A stretch of 64,000 bases of DNA from a virus (IMGVR_UViG_3300021255_002539:256001-320000); one strand, 5' to 3'. Shown: positions 21,649 to 31,758, counted from the stretch's first letter. Notes: a model not told the origin generated them from the sequence alone. Numbers and translations: made by a program.

Positions 21649-22000
21649 GCTTCATGTATCTGTCCTTCACGAACTTGACTTTGCCGTTGTCGTCGATGTC
21701 AACGCGCACCTTGCTCAGGAAAGACAAGAACATCAACTTATCCTCGGGTGTACCGTGGTTGTCCTCGAACCAAGTGATCTTCTTGATTGGAGGTGAATTC
21801 CTCCTGTATTCCCTCACATGGGCAAGGTCATCGAAGTCAGGCCACAACATGCATCCAGTCTGACTTTCTACGATTGCGTTGTCTATGATTCGCAGACAAT
21901 TCTCGTCATGCTCCACATCTGGCGTGAACTTCTTCGTGTCGTGGTCATATACCACTGTAAGCAACTTGTCAGACGACTTGATTGTGAGTAGTGATTTCAT
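21641..22000 (-). CDS. Hypothetical protein
   Basis: 119 aa, AAGGAG SD. Confidence 0.65.
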   Translation of the reverse strand: MKSLLTIKSSDKLLTVVYDHDTKKFTPDVEHDENCLRIIDNAIVESQTGCMLWPDFDDLAHVREYRRNSPPIKKITWFEDNHGTPEDKLMFLSFLSKVRVDIDDNGKVKFVKDRYMKHD

Positions 22001-22026
22001 TGTCTCTTGTTCTCCTTTCTTGCTTT

Positions 22027-22833
22027 TTACAGGGCGTTGAACTCCGATTCTGACATGATGTGGATGCCCAACTTCATCGCCTTCTTGAGCTTTGACGAAG
22101 GTTCTCCCTTCAAGCCCGCGTCAGCAACCACGAGGGTTCCGAGACCCTTTGCCACGGACTCTGCGATTCCATATCCAAGTTCACGAGCCTTTGTCTGCGC
22201 CTGGGTTCTTGTCATCGTCTCCAATTTCCCAGTGAAGCATATTGTCCCCTTCTCCGGCACAATATCCGGAACCTGATAAACCTCCTTTGGTTCATGGTAC
22301 TTCTTGTTGAGGACAATGGATTCGTAGGCTTCCTTCACCACCGGGATGGCATTGATGATTGTAGTCTCCTTGACGGTTGGGCAATCTACATGTATGCCAC
22401 CGCCAAAATACAGTTCCCCACAATGGGAGTCCCAGAACTTCTTCATTTCCCTGCGTCCAACGCCATATACAAGCGCAGACAACGCAACGAAGATGTCCAC
22501 CTTCTGGGCGTTCCACATCTTCTTGTCAAGTTCCTCGGCAAACTTCACCTCGTTCTTGTACGCGGGATTCGGCTTGAACTCCACGATGTCCTTGATGGTC
22601 TTGATGCCCCAATTCTCAAGGGTCGTGTTGGAAACGCCCATGATGCCAAGTCTCTCGCAGAACGCCGATACCTGCTCGTTGAACCGGGAGGGACATTCCT
22701 CATTCACGCAAAATAGGTTCTTGACCCCATCTTTTGAGGTTTGGACTTCAAGTTTGCCACCACATACGGGGCAAGTTTCTGGGATACCAATCTTTGTAAG
22801 GTCTATCATAGTCTTTGCCTTTCTCAAGTTCAC
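22027..22833 (-). CDS. NAD-dependent DNA ligase, C-terminal part (Zn finger, HhH, BRCT)
   Basis: PETCPVCG..LFCVNEECP Zn finger; LGIMGVS and GVGRR HhH-like; GTICFTGKLETMTR..SSKLKKAMKLGI..SESEF BRCT. Confidence 0.88.
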   Translation of the reverse strand: MNLRKAKTMIDLTKIGIPETCPVCGGKLEVQTSKDGVKNLFCVNEECPSRFNEQVSAFCERLGIMGVSNTTLENWGIKTIKDIVEFKPNPAYKNEVKFAEELDKKMWNAQKVDIFVALSALVYGVGRREMKKFWDSHCGELYFGGGIHVDCPTVKETTIINAIPVVKEAYESIVLNKKYHEPKEVYQVPDIVPEKGTICFTGKLETMTRTQAQTKARELGYGIAESVAKGLGTLVVADAGLKGEPSSKLKKAMKLGIHIMSESEFNAL

Positions 22834-22837
22834 CTAT

Positions 22838-22867
22838 ATTATACCATAATCGGGGATTACTTGTCAA
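22838..22867 (-). promoter_or_regulatory. Sigma70-like promoter of ligase C-half
   Basis: TTGACA-18 nt-TATAAT. Confidence 0.7.
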
Positions 22868-23081
22868 TAACCCTTGGACAATTGTATTGCCTATGGAACT
22901 CGTCATATCCCATCAAGAGATAGTACAAGCCCTCAAACAAGCTGATGAATGCTGGCACCCCGGTTTCCGAGAACAAGAGGTATGCCAATCCCCACCACGG
23001 CTGTCCCAAGTAGAACTTGTGCGCTCCAAACCAGCCAAAGAAGAACGCCAGAAGGACGGCTATCCAACGTTCGCGTATCAT
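22857..23081 (-). CDS. TM2-domain membrane protein
   Basis: LLAFFFGWFGAHKFYLGQ. Confidence 0.85.
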   Translation of the reverse strand: MIRERWIAVLLAFFFGWFGAHKFYLGQPWWGLAYLLFSETGVPAFISLFEGLYYLLMGYDEFHRQYNCPRVIDK

Positions 23082-23368
23082 GAGATTGGTCTTATCTGAT
23101 GGACAGGGATTTCCCTATTCTCCCACTTTCTATAAGCATCCAAGTAGTAGAAGCCCTTGTGGTAGTCGTATGTGACCTCGTAGTACATTCCATCGGGAAG
23201 GGTGGTGGACATGAGCCACTTTCTGTTCCCAAGTATGCAACATTGCCAAACGACATACACCTGATATTCGATGTTTGGGTCTGACTTGTCAAGGTGTTCC
23301 TTAACATAGTCGTTTACGATGTTCAATGCCTCTGCATTGTAGTCTGGAAGGTTGTATGGTGTTGCCAT
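23078..23368 (-). CDS. Conserved phage protein (DUF6275-like)
   Basis: VYVVW.C.ILGN.K..ST...DGMYYEVTY....YLDAY.KWEN. Confidence 0.8.
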   Translation of the reverse strand: MATPYNLPDYNAEALNIVNDYVKEHLDKSDPNIEYQVYVVWQCCILGNRKWLMSTTLPDGMYYEVTYDYHKGFYYLDAYRKWENREIPVHQIRPIS

Positions 23369-23379
23369 GTTTCTGTCCT

Positions 23380-23757
23380 TTACTGTGCGATTAGTATTCC
23401 GAATGTGACCATTATCTGAACAAGGTGGAGCAACTGGTCTTGTATCAGGTTAATCTTCATCCTGTTCGCCTTGAGGTCGTCCACCACTGCATGTATGGTG
23501 GTGTTGACCAGGATGGCGTAGAAGAACCACGGCGAGGCGTAGAACGGTGCGCAAATGAAGATGCTCCAATAGAGGGCATGGCAGACCAGTGCAGCAACAT
23601 AGTCGTATTTGTACTTGTCAGGAACAGAATCTTCATATCCGCCGAATATCTTTCGCCACCACAACTTCTGCTTCCCATCTGCCAACCACCCCCGAAGGGT
23701 ATAGTCGGCCACGAGATGTCCAAGCAACATTAAAACCAATATCACTTGCCACGTCAT
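23380..23757 (-). CDS. DUF3307-like membrane protein
   Basis: GHLVADY, HA.VDD.K, DQLLH. Confidence 0.75.
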   Translation of the reverse strand: MTWQVILVLMLLGHLVADYTLRGWLADGKQKLWWRKIFGGYEDSVPDKYKYDYVAALVCHALYWSIFICAPFYASPWFFYAILVNTTIHAVVDDLKANRMKINLIQDQLLHLVQIMVTFGILIAQ

Positions 23758-23771
23758 TTGTGTCGTTTCCT

Positions 23772-24038
23772 TCAGTTGAACATGTCCGACAACACGCCAC
23801 CAATGCTGCAAGTCACGATTGGTGAGCCGTCCCAATTGCGTCTTCCCCAAGGCCAGTCGGTGTTGGTTGGATAGCATGGATTGGTTGGCGGCCAAGATGG
23901 ATATGTTGGCATCTCATCTGGCCAGTATGGATATGGTCTGTTGATTTGTGGGTATCCATTGTTCGGTGGATTCTCGACTATTCGCCGAATCTCCTCTTCG
24001 GTTCCCTCATATGTTATGCCGTTGATTGTCGCTTTCAT
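23772..24038 (-). CDS. Pro-rich hypothetical protein
   Basis: MKATINGITYEGT start with AGGAG SD. Confidence 0.6.
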   Translation of the reverse strand: MKATINGITYEGTEEEIRRIVENPPNNGYPQINRPYPYWPDEMPTYPSWPPTNPCYPTNTDWPWGRRNWDGSPIVTCSIGGVLSDMFN

Positions 24039-24724
24039 TTCGTTTCTCCTTGTTTCTTGACTTTCCCACATCCCCTCTTCTCAGGGCAATATCCCAGTTC
24101 CTCGCACTTTGGCTTGAATACCTTGAGGTCGTACACTAGTTCCTCCCATTCGTCAGAGTAGTTCTCCAACTGCCAGAGGATTTCCTTCATCAACTCTCGG
24201 TATTCCCAATATGCCCTGTTGCAGAGCCTTTGCCTGGACATGTCAATCAGGTTTCTAAGGTTCGTGCGCACAACCACCTTTGTGGAATATGCGAGTGGCA
24301 GGACATTGGTTGCGTCTTCGTTGGGTACGCCACAGAGCTTCAGCTTCTCAATCGTGGGGGCGACATTGGACATGAAGTCGTTCCAAAGCTCCTTCGCCTT
24401 TGGGTTGTTCTCAACAGAGTTTGGAACTACCTGCTTGAACCCATTGGAGTAGTCGATGTATCTCGTTGAAGCCTGAAGTCTGGTGGGTGCTCCGCCGATG
24501 TGCGTATAGAATTCGCGTATGACCTTGGCAGACCAGCCATCAAGCACCATGTAGATTTGGGGAAACTCCATCGCACGTCCGTGGTTGGACTTTATGCAAT
24601 CAATTCCACGCTTGTGGTTCTCCTCTGGGTCTTCTATGTTTGCGCCATAGCAGATTCCGGCTTCTTCTCCAACCAATGTGATTGGGTCTATTGTCGTTCG
24701 TTTTTGAATGGTTACTGTTCCCAT
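24035..24724 (-). CDS. thyX: Flavin-dependent thymidylate synthase
   Basis: H.RAMEF, QASTRY, EDA..VLP, NLRNL...RLC.RA.WE.R. Confidence 0.9.
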   Translation of the reverse strand: MGTVTIQKRTTIDPITLVGEEAGICYGANIEDPEENHKRGIDCIKSNHGRAMEFPQIYMVLDGWSAKVIREFYTHIGGAPTRLQASTRYIDYSNGFKQVVPNSVENNPKAKELWNDFMSNVAPTIEKLKLCGVPNEDATNVLPLAYSTKVVVRTNLRNLIDMSRQRLCNRAYWEYRELMKEILWQLENYSDEWEELVYDLKVFKPKCEELGYCPEKRGCGKVKKQGETK

Positions 24725-24749
24725 ATGTCATGTGTCCTATTTGGTTCAA

Positions 24750-24965
24750 TTATACGAAATGTTTGATTACCATGAACGACGACTCCACAACCATAATTGG
24801 TCTGCTGCATGATCCATTGTGCCGCCAGAACTGTAGATCATTCGTCTGCCCCATTATATTGGTCAATGCCATTTGGGTTCTCCACAGATGTTCGTTCAGT
24901 TCCCCGAATGGCGTCCTTGTCAGAACTACATCGACAATTGGCTCAACCATGAATTGCCTTATCAT
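24750..24965 (-). CDS. Hypothetical protein
   Basis: 71 aa, AGGAG SD. Confidence 0.5.
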   Translation of the reverse strand: MIRQFMVEPIVDVVLTRTPFGELNEHLWRTQMALTNIMGQTNDLQFWRHNGSCSRPIMVVESSFMVIKHFV

Positions 24966-24982
24966 GTTTTGCTTCTCCTTTC

Positions 24983-25414
24983 TCAGTCAAGCATTTCCAT
25001 TGCGGTGTACAGTCCATCCTGCGATTCTTCGTAGTTGTCCCTGTCCCCGTCTTCTGAATCCAGTTCGTCCTCGTCGAAGTCGCAATCCCCACCACTCGCC
25101 ACCTCGCGCGTCAGTTTTTGCTTGCACAAGTCCCCATATATTGGATGCAGTTCCCCACCTTCCACTTCAAGCGTTGTTGGGTTGATCTTCAATCCAACCT
25201 TCTCGAGCAAGTCCATCGCTTCCGCGCCCTTTTCCAGAATCTGGGTTCGCAGCTCCTCGTACCTGACTATCTCCTCTTGCATTTGGGATATGCGCTGTCG
25301 GTGGTTGTTGATCCTCTCCACCAACCATTCATGCGCCAGTTCGTCCCTGGCGTTGAACAAATCCTTCAATGCTTGTCCAACTTCAAGTCTGTCGTGCCAG
25401 TCCTCTTTTCGCAT
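24983..25414 (-). CDS. Coiled-coil hypothetical protein
   Basis: AMDLLEKVGLK motif resembles AMNLLEENGVK of the upstream gene. Confidence 0.65.
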   Translation of the reverse strand: MRKEDWHDRLEVGQALKDLFNARDELAHEWLVERINNHRQRISQMQEEIVRYEELRTQILEKGAEAMDLLEKVGLKINPTTLEVEGGELHPIYGDLCKQKLTREVASGGDCDFDEDELDSEDGDRDNYEESQDGLYTAMEMLD

Positions 25415-25416
25415 CT

Positions 25417-26424
25417 TTACTTTCCTGATATGTCGCAACTGTACTCGTCAGCAGTCCAATCCTTGTCGTAATCTGGCTTGCATGTTGCACATGTAGAATA
25501 TCCCCTGCCTATGGATATACATGGAGTCAGACTGTTCTCTATGCGAAATGTCCCTGACATCCCCAATGTGGAGATGTATTCCGAGCCATCGTCCTCAACG
25601 CCCTCAACCTTGCCCTTGGCATCCACCTTCACGCCATTCTCCTCAAGCAAGTTCATGGCGTCTGCCGCAGTCTCGTACAGGTCGTTCAACTGCTTCTCCC
25701 TCTCCGCAATTTCATCTTGTCTGGACTTGATTTGCTCCCGAAGGTCCTTGATGTCGTTTTCGATGTAGCTTGCGCTTCCATCCATTGCCCGAACAGACTC
25801 CAATGCTTGTTTCAGTTCCTCCACCTTCTTGTACGACTTTGCGTTGGGGAAGTACTTCCAATTGGAGTACAGAATGTTCATGTTCAGGAGGAATCCATGC
25901 AAGATGGTGAATGATGGTGCGTTCGACCCATATTGATCGCGTATTTCGCCAGTTGGGGCGATGGTTCCCCCAACCAGGGCATCTGGGTTGTTCTGGCTCC
26001 AAATCCTGTGGGTCTCCTCCCAAATCTCCTTCATCCTGGGAAATGGCTGGTCGTTGTCTTTCCCCACTATGTATATCTTGGCATATCCTGACCCCATCGT
26101 CCTGATTGGCTTGTACTCAACAACTATTCCATTGCCAACCTGGATTGCCTTGTGCGGAACGCACCCATTCTCCTCAGAAGCCCAACTTGGCATAGGGATG
26201 TCTTTGCCTGGATGTGGGGATGTGTACATCTCATCATTTAATATGTACGTGCCATCATCGTCATTTAATCTGTACATTGGTTGGCCGCCACAATATATCT
26301 GGCCGTCCCTTAATTCCAATTGGGGCATTATCTTGGAGAGATCCAATTCCGCGAGTGTGTCCATGGCTTGCTTTTCAAGTTCTGGGTCAAATGTGGTGTC
26401 GTATAATGGTTCGTGTATTGCCAT
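25417..26424 (-). CDS. Hypothetical protein with C-terminal coiled coil
   Basis: 335 aa ORF. Confidence 0.7.
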   Translation of the reverse strand: MAIHEPLYDTTFDPELEKQAMDTLAELDLSKIMPQLELRDGQIYCGGQPMYRLNDDDGTYILNDEMYTSPHPGKDIPMPSWASEENGCVPHKAIQVGNGIVVEYKPIRTMGSGYAKIYIVGKDNDQPFPRMKEIWEETHRIWSQNNPDALVGGTIAPTGEIRDQYGSNAPSFTILHGFLLNMNILYSNWKYFPNAKSYKKVEELKQALESVRAMDGSASYIENDIKDLREQIKSRQDEIAEREKQLNDLYETAADAMNLLEENGVKVDAKGKVEGVEDDGSEYISTLGMSGTFRIENSLTPCISIGRGYSTCATCKPDYDKDWTADEYSCDISGK

Positions 26425-26429
26425 TGTGC

Positions 26430-26801
26430 TTACATCCCCTCACTCTTGTTCAATGCGTCCATATAGGCGATTGCGTTGGCTTCCCTGTTCTTGAGGTCGT
26501 ATACGAACCAGTCCATGCCATTTCCACAGACGAACCCATGTTTTGGGATGTCCTTGTCGAACACAACCACCATTCCCCCAACTGGGACATCCCCACCCAT
26601 AATCATGTCATCCACATGATCAAGTTCGTTTCGCCCAATTGCGTCGAGAATCTCCTGCTCGCTTTCGCATCTGGCATCTTCGTCAGAACGGGATATGTTC
26701 GCCCAATTCCACTTTACCTTCGTCAGGTCAACAGAACAGGTGTTGCGCGAGAGGTTGAGTATGTCGGTTTCGTTCTTCGCAGTTATGATGTACTTCTTCA
26801 T
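26430..26801 (-). CDS. Hypothetical protein
   Basis: 123 aa ORF. Confidence 0.65.
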   Translation of the reverse strand: MKKYIITAKNETDILNLSRNTCSVDLTKVKWNWANISRSDEDARCESEQEILDAIGRNELDHVDDMIMGGDVPVGGMVVVFDKDIPKHGFVCGNGMDWFVYDLKNREANAIAYMDALNKSEGM

Positions 26802-26808
26802 AGTTCAA

Positions 26809-26994
26809 TCATGTCCGCCTGGCAACCACAGAATACCAGCCATCCTCTATGTCCATTCGGGCGTCCTTCATGTGGTCTTTGACGATATAGGAATTGCCCT
26901 TGTATAGCATTGTCTTCTTGCCCAGGACATGCGCCTGAAGCAGAGCTGTAATGAAGCCCTTGTTGTATCTCGGTCCGCGTGGCACAGTTGGCAT
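26809..26994 (-). CDS. Small hypothetical protein
   Basis: GGGAG SD; first gene after TTGACA-18-TATAAT at 27032-27061. Confidence 0.6.
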   Translation of the reverse strand: MPTVPRGPRYNKGFITALLQAHVLGKKTMLYKGNSYIVKDHMKDARMDIEDGWYSVVARRT

Positions 26995-27080
26995 AATCTT
27001 CTCCCTTGTGTGGTTTTCTAACTATGCCTATATTATACCATATTCTGACCCTCGATGTCAATGCCCCTTGGCATTCGTCG

Positions 27081-27611
27081 TCAAGTCATCACGAACACGA
27101 CCCGGTATTCCTCGCCATATTCTGTGTATTCGCTAATGGCGAGATCCATGGCCTCCACCTGGCCGATTTTCCTCATCGTGTTGTAGCCATACTGGATGTC
27201 CTCCACCAACGACTTGTTGACTGGGAATGTGAGCTTATCGCCAGACTCGTCACCCCAAGGCTCCAGTTCGTCACCATCGTCAGAGTACATCCTGACGCAC
27301 CCCAGCGCCCTCACGACGACATTGAGCTTCGTATATGCGTCGTGGATCTTCTTCGACACCTCTTCCTCCAACTCCTGAACGGTCTTGGTGTAGAAGCTGG
27401 CGTAGCAGACCTCCTTGCCCTCAGAGTCCTTTTCCCTCTTGTACTTCTCCTGAAGCCCCGTGGACAATTCCTCCCAATTGAGCTTTGGGTAGTCCTGATA
27501 GTCCTCGAAGATGTACTTCAGGTAGCTGGACACTGGTTTCTCACTGGCCAGTTCCCACTTCCCTGTGTCCTTGTTCTTGTGCTCTACATATGCTCCAATG
27601 TTGTATCCCAT
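27081..27611 (-). CDS. Hypothetical protein
   Basis: 176 aa ORF. Confidence 0.7.
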   Translation of the reverse strand: MGYNIGAYVEHKNKDTGKWELASEKPVSSYLKYIFEDYQDYPKLNWEELSTGLQEKYKREKDSEGKEVCYASFYTKTVQELEEEVSKKIHDAYTKLNVVVRALGCVRMYSDDGDELEPWGDESGDKLTFPVNKSLVEDIQYGYNTMRKIGQVEAMDLAISEYTEYGEEYRVVFVMT

Positions 27612-27612
27612 G

Positions 27613-28065
27613 TCAATTCACCCTTTCCTTTTCTGTTGAGTTTGCTTTTGTCTGGTCTCCCTCAGCTGACCAATTTGGCGAGAGGCAATCTCCTGCATAA
27701 CAATACTTCTCTGTCCACCATGGTTGTTCGCCACCGTATGTGAACTCCACAGTGGTGGTTCCATCGCCATTCTCGACTTCCTCTGCACCATCTGGGATTT
27801 CCGCCGCCCCCTTGAGGGTGTCGTTTGGTGGGGTTGGTGGCTTTGGGACATTTGTTGGCTCTGGTGGTTCCTCTGTATCCTCAGAACCCGAATCCTCCAC
27901 GAATCTCCCATTTGCGTGGTCTTTCTGCCCATCCATTCCAAACAGCTTCAGAATGAAGTCATATGTCATCCCAATGAACACCAGTATTGCCACAATCGCA
28001 ATTATGAACAAGAATGGTTGTTTCAGAAGTTCAAGCCAGAATGTCGTGTTTTCTTCCATGTTCAA
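27613..28065 (-). CDS. Membrane-anchored acidic/Pro-rich protein
   Basis: N-terminal TM segment. Confidence 0.65.
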   Translation of the reverse strand: MNMEENTTFWLELLKQPFLFIIAIVAILVFIGMTYDFILKLFGMDGQKDHANGRFVEDSGSEDTEEPPEPTNVPKPPTPPNDTLKGAAEIPDGAEEVENGDGTTTVEFTYGGEQPWWTEKYCYAGDCLSPNWSAEGDQTKANSTEKERVN

Positions 28066-28180
28066 TGTGTCTCCTTGTTTTGGTTTTCCAATATATTATA
28101 CGACCTTTGTGGGAAAAAGTAAAGATGGATTGGCGAACAGCCAACCCATCTTCCGTACTGTGGATTTGGAGTTTACTCTA

Positions 28181-28783
28181 TTACCACTTCTTGCCATCGA
28201 CACTCTTGAGCTTGAAGCTTGCGGACTTGCCATAGATTGGCATAATCTCGGTCTCCTCCTCGAAGTCGATCTCGCAAGAGCCATCCCAAGCGGTGAACGT
28301 GCCGCCACATGGACAAATGTAGTTGCCAATCACAACACCGTCCAGCTTCTTGACGCGAGAGCAGGTCTCCGTCGTGTCGCCACATGGTGTGCATCCACCA
28401 GTCGTCTTGGTCTTCAACGTGCCCATTCCACAGAATGTGAGGTTGATAAGACCCTCGTCGGCCAGATCATCGTTGACAAATGTCAGCACAGTGGAGACAT
28501 CTGCGTTCTTCTTGCCAAAAACCGCATATGCCATATCGCCATCAAGACTGAGGGTATATGTAGTGTTGGTCTTCTTGAACTTGACAACCAATGTTGCTGT
28601 GGTGTTGGTCGAATCTTCATCCGTAACAACGGTAAGCGTACCATCAACCCTGGTGGATGCTGGAACAAATGCATCCTTGCCAATAGCTGGATACTTCATC
28701 GTTGTCTTGAATGTATAGACATCCGTAGACGCCATTGCGAACATGCTTGCAACAAGGGCAAGCCCCATGATCAGTTTCTTCAT
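28181..28783 (-). CDS. Secreted Cys-containing protein
   Basis: Signal peptide MKKLIMGLALVASMFAMA; CTPCG..C and CPCG motifs; hairpin terminator 28124-28152. Confidence 0.75.
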   Translation of the reverse strand: MKKLIMGLALVASMFAMASTDVYTFKTTMKYPAIGKDAFVPASTRVDGTLTVVTDEDSTNTTATLVVKFKKTNTTYTLSLDGDMAYAVFGKKNADVSTVLTFVNDDLADEGLINLTFCGMGTLKTKTTGGCTPCGDTTETCSRVKKLDGVVIGNYICPCGGTFTAWDGSCEIDFEEETEIMPIYGKSASFKLKSVDGKKW

Positions 28784-28965
28784 TGTTTTTCCTCTTTCGT
28801 TTTGTTTTTCTTTGTTTGTTTGTCTTGGATTGGATTCAGGATAACCTCTATCTATCATCCAACTCTGAACATTGAATATTAATTATACGAAATTCCACCA
28901 CCCAAAAGTGGTAAATCGCATGTTGTTGAGATGTATTTACGCAAAACTTGACAAAAACCAATCGT

Positions 28966-29367
28966 TCAGTTGAACATTGGCAATCCATCTGCGCTGCCGT
29001 GCTCCTTTTTCCATTGTTTCTTGAATGCCTTTGCCAGTTCCCTCATGGTGTCCTTGTTTCCTGTCGTCTCCTCGTATACTGGTATCACATACATGCACAT
29101 GAAGGGGAACATCTGCACGTTGTTTGGTCTGCCAAGGTATTCCTTTGCTGCCTCCAGTGGATTGTCGTTGAAGGAGTACATTGGGCACCTTGGACCACAT
29201 TTGTCGTGTTCCCTCAACCAGCAGTTTTGGCAGCGTTCCTTCTTCCCAGCCAAGATGTCGGTTCCATATCTGACGAGAATCAGGTTTCTGGCGTCCATGT
29301 CAACTGGGTTGCCCTGGATGTCCAGTCCCAGTTTAGTCAACGCCTCGTCTAGTTCCTATAGTGTCAT
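28966..29367 (-). CDS. Hypothetical Cys-containing protein, 133 aa (TAG at codon 4)
   Basis: ATG ACA CTA TAG GAA CTA = MTL*EL, comparable to MTIQEL at 54702. Confidence 0.6.
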
Positions 29368-29375
29368 GTACTCAA

Positions 29376-30014
29376 TTATACCTTGAACAAGCCCTTGATG
29401 TAGTCGTATTCGATTGGGGCGCAATTCCAACGCTCCACGCAAGCACAAAGCCTGTTTGGGTCGATGGTGTTGAAGTATTTGCTGCCATGCACATGCCCAT
29501 AGATGTTCACCTTGCCATCTGGTATGGTCTCAAGTGGCTCGTGCGAGAATATGAACTTGCCGTCCAGGAGGAATGGATGCTTGATTGCCTTGTCGAATCC
29601 AAGGTCTATCCAGTTGTAGTGTTGTTCCCTGTCGTGGTTTCCCAGCAGAAGCCAGATTCTCCCATTGAGCCTGGACACGATTTCCTTGATTCTGTTCTTG
29701 TTCCCAAAGGAGAAGTCCCCGAGATGGAGAACCAAGTCGGCATCACTGACCCTCTCGTTCCACCTCTGAATCAGGGCTTCGTTCATCTCGTCCCTGTCCT
29801 TGAAGGGTCTGTTGGCTGCTTCGTAGATAAGGATGTTGCGGTGACAAAAGTGGCTGTCCGAAGTCACCCATATCTTGTTCTTGACCACGTTGGTTGGGTT
29901 TTCAGCATCGTCCAGGAAGTTGCCGATGAACTGCTCTGAACTCCCCAGATCGTTTTCTGGGGAATCCACGAACACTGACTTTGCTCCGAAGTTGCTGCCC
30001 TCTACGTCTGACAT
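29376..30014 (-). CDS. Calcineurin-like metallophosphoesterase
   Basis: SDSHFCH, HLGDF, GNHD, SHEP, GHVH. Confidence 0.9.
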   Translation of the reverse strand: MSDVEGSNFGAKSVFVDSPENDLGSSEQFIGNFLDDAENPTNVVKNKIWVTSDSHFCHRNILIYEAANRPFKDRDEMNEALIQRWNERVSDADLVLHLGDFSFGNKNRIKEIVSRLNGRIWLLLGNHDREQHYNWIDLGFDKAIKHPFLLDGKFIFSHEPLETIPDGKVNIYGHVHGSKYFNTIDPNRLCACVERWNCAPIEYDYIKGLFKV

Positions 30015-30018
30015 GTTA

Positions 30019-31758
30019 TCATCTCTCCAATATCGAGAACACTGGCTTTTCGTTTGGCTGGCATCTCTTGAGAACCTTCTTCCCAAAGTGCTTGTCGTAT
30101 ATTGGCGCATTGTTTGGTCCGCATAGATCAACCCTGGTAACTCCCAGTCCTGCGCAAAGCTTCGCCACGATGTCCTGCGTGTCCTTGTCTCCGTGGACGA
30201 TGGTCAGGTCAACCTTGTTCATCAATGCGATCATCAACTTGCCCAATGCCCGTGGATCTATGTTGTCCATATTGTCGACGACCAACTCGAATGGTGGCTT
30301 GCTTGGCTTTACGACTTCCTCTACTGGCTTCTCTGTCGCATCTGCCACATTTGGCTTTGGTGCTTCGACCACCTTCTTCTCTGGCTCGACCTTGGTTGTC
30401 TCTGCCGTGTTCGGGCAATCCACGCCATAGATGTAGTCAGGGGCGTCCGCGTACTTCTCCGCTAACATGGACTTGGTGTCGTAGGTGTCTTCCTCCTGCG
30501 TGTTGATGACCCTCATGCCATAGTTGTTCTCGCCAGGGATTGGGACAACGCCATCTCTCAGGTGAAGTGTCTGCTTGAATCCACTGTAGTCAACATAGTG
30601 GTGCCACCTGTGGAACTTCCACACGACCTTCGCAATGTCCGGGTAGACTTTCGCCAGCATCTCGCTCTTTGGCTTGGTTCCCTCCTTGGAATAGAACACC
30701 TCTGTGTTGCCACCCTTGACCTTCTGTGTAGTGCATTTGCCAAACAGCGCCCAATTTGCCTGAACAGTACACCATCCGGCCGTGAGCATGTCCAGCGACA
30801 GAATGGTGTCTTCGTTGTACCTGCCCCTCCACCTGAATGGAACATCGTTGCGAATCATGTTGCACGAGTATATTCTGGTGTTCATTGTATATGGCGGGTG
30901 GTACGCATCCATCGTCACGAACATCTTGTAGTTGGGACCGAACATGGCTATGTTGTCGTATCTGTCCACCCAATCCTCGCAAGCAGCAAGCAATGCGCCA
31001 GTCCTGCACTTCACCTTCACATTGTGCCAGAACCAATGGAATCCCTCTGTGGCGTTGTCGTCCATGACCCAATGCCATTTGTAGCCCCGCTTGATGGAGT
31101 CGTCCCACGCGAAGTTTCTGGCTGGACCGGGCCCAGTGGAGTGGGTGGCGTTGTCCCAGTCGTCCAATGTATCGTATTTGTCCTTGTACGACATGTCCAA
31201 CTCCAATATAGTGGCGTACTTGTTGGCGACCTTTTCCTGGTAGGCAGCCACATCTTGTGGTTCGACCACCACGAAATGCGGAACTTCCATTTGGCTCAGA
31301 AACCTGGAGGTATAGCATCGTTCGCTTCTGCTTCTGGACACGATGTATATTGGATATCTGGGGTTCTTGTCCCCACCAACGACCCTCAACTTGGAATACC
31401 ATCCTGGAACAAGCTTTGGATACCAAACAGAAATGGTCTTGGCAGATACGTTTTGGTCGAAGATCTTCTTGGCTAGATCCAAGTCCCCCTCGTTGAACTT
31501 GAAGTCAACTTGAGCATACGGCTTCGCTGCGTCATGGGACTCGTATACTGGCATCTGCCACCACTGGTCCTTCCACTTCGCGTCCCTCGCAGAATCGTCC
31601 TTCTTCGCCTTTTTCTTGGTGGGTTTCTTCTTTTCCACCTTTGTCTTGGCATTGACATCGTATTCCTTCGTCAGGCAAGTGATGTCAGTGCCATTGCGCT
31701 TGTTGAAGTCGTCCAATGCGGCTTGGTCAGCGAATCTGCAAATAATCCTCGTGTTCAT
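30019..31758 (-). CDS. GT-A glycosyltransferase, TET-associated (TAGT/GREB1-like) family; candidate DNA base glycosylation
   Basis: YPIYIVSRSR, VVEPQD...Y, GPGPARNFAWD, HWVMDDN, NTRIYSC, WRGRYNED, GGNT, RWHHYVDY. Confidence 0.75.
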   Translation of the reverse strand: MNTRIICRFADQAALDDFNKRNGTDITCLTKEYDVNAKTKVEKKKPTKKKAKKDDSARDAKWKDQWWQMPVYESHDAAKPYAQVDFKFNEGDLDLAKKIFDQNVSAKTISVWYPKLVPGWYSKLRVVGGDKNPRYPIYIVSRSRSERCYTSRFLSQMEVPHFVVVEPQDVAAYQEKVANKYATILELDMSYKDKYDTLDDWDNATHSTGPGPARNFAWDDSIKRGYKWHWVMDDNATEGFHWFWHNVKVKCRTGALLAACEDWVDRYDNIAMFGPNYKMFVTMDAYHPPYTMNTRIYSCNMIRNDVPFRWRGRYNEDTILSLDMLTAGWCTVQANWALFGKCTTQKVKGGNTEVFYSKEGTKPKSEMLAKVYPDIAKVVWKFHRWHHYVDYSGFKQTLHLRDGVVPIPGENNYGMRVINTQEEDTYDTKSMLAEKYADAPDYIYGVDCPNTAETTKVEPEKKVVEAPKPNVADATEKPVEEVVKPSKPPFELVVDNMDNIDPRALGKLMIALMNKVDLTIVHGDKDTQDIVAKLCAGLGVTRVDLCGPNNAPIYDKHFGKKVLKRCQPNEKPVFSILER

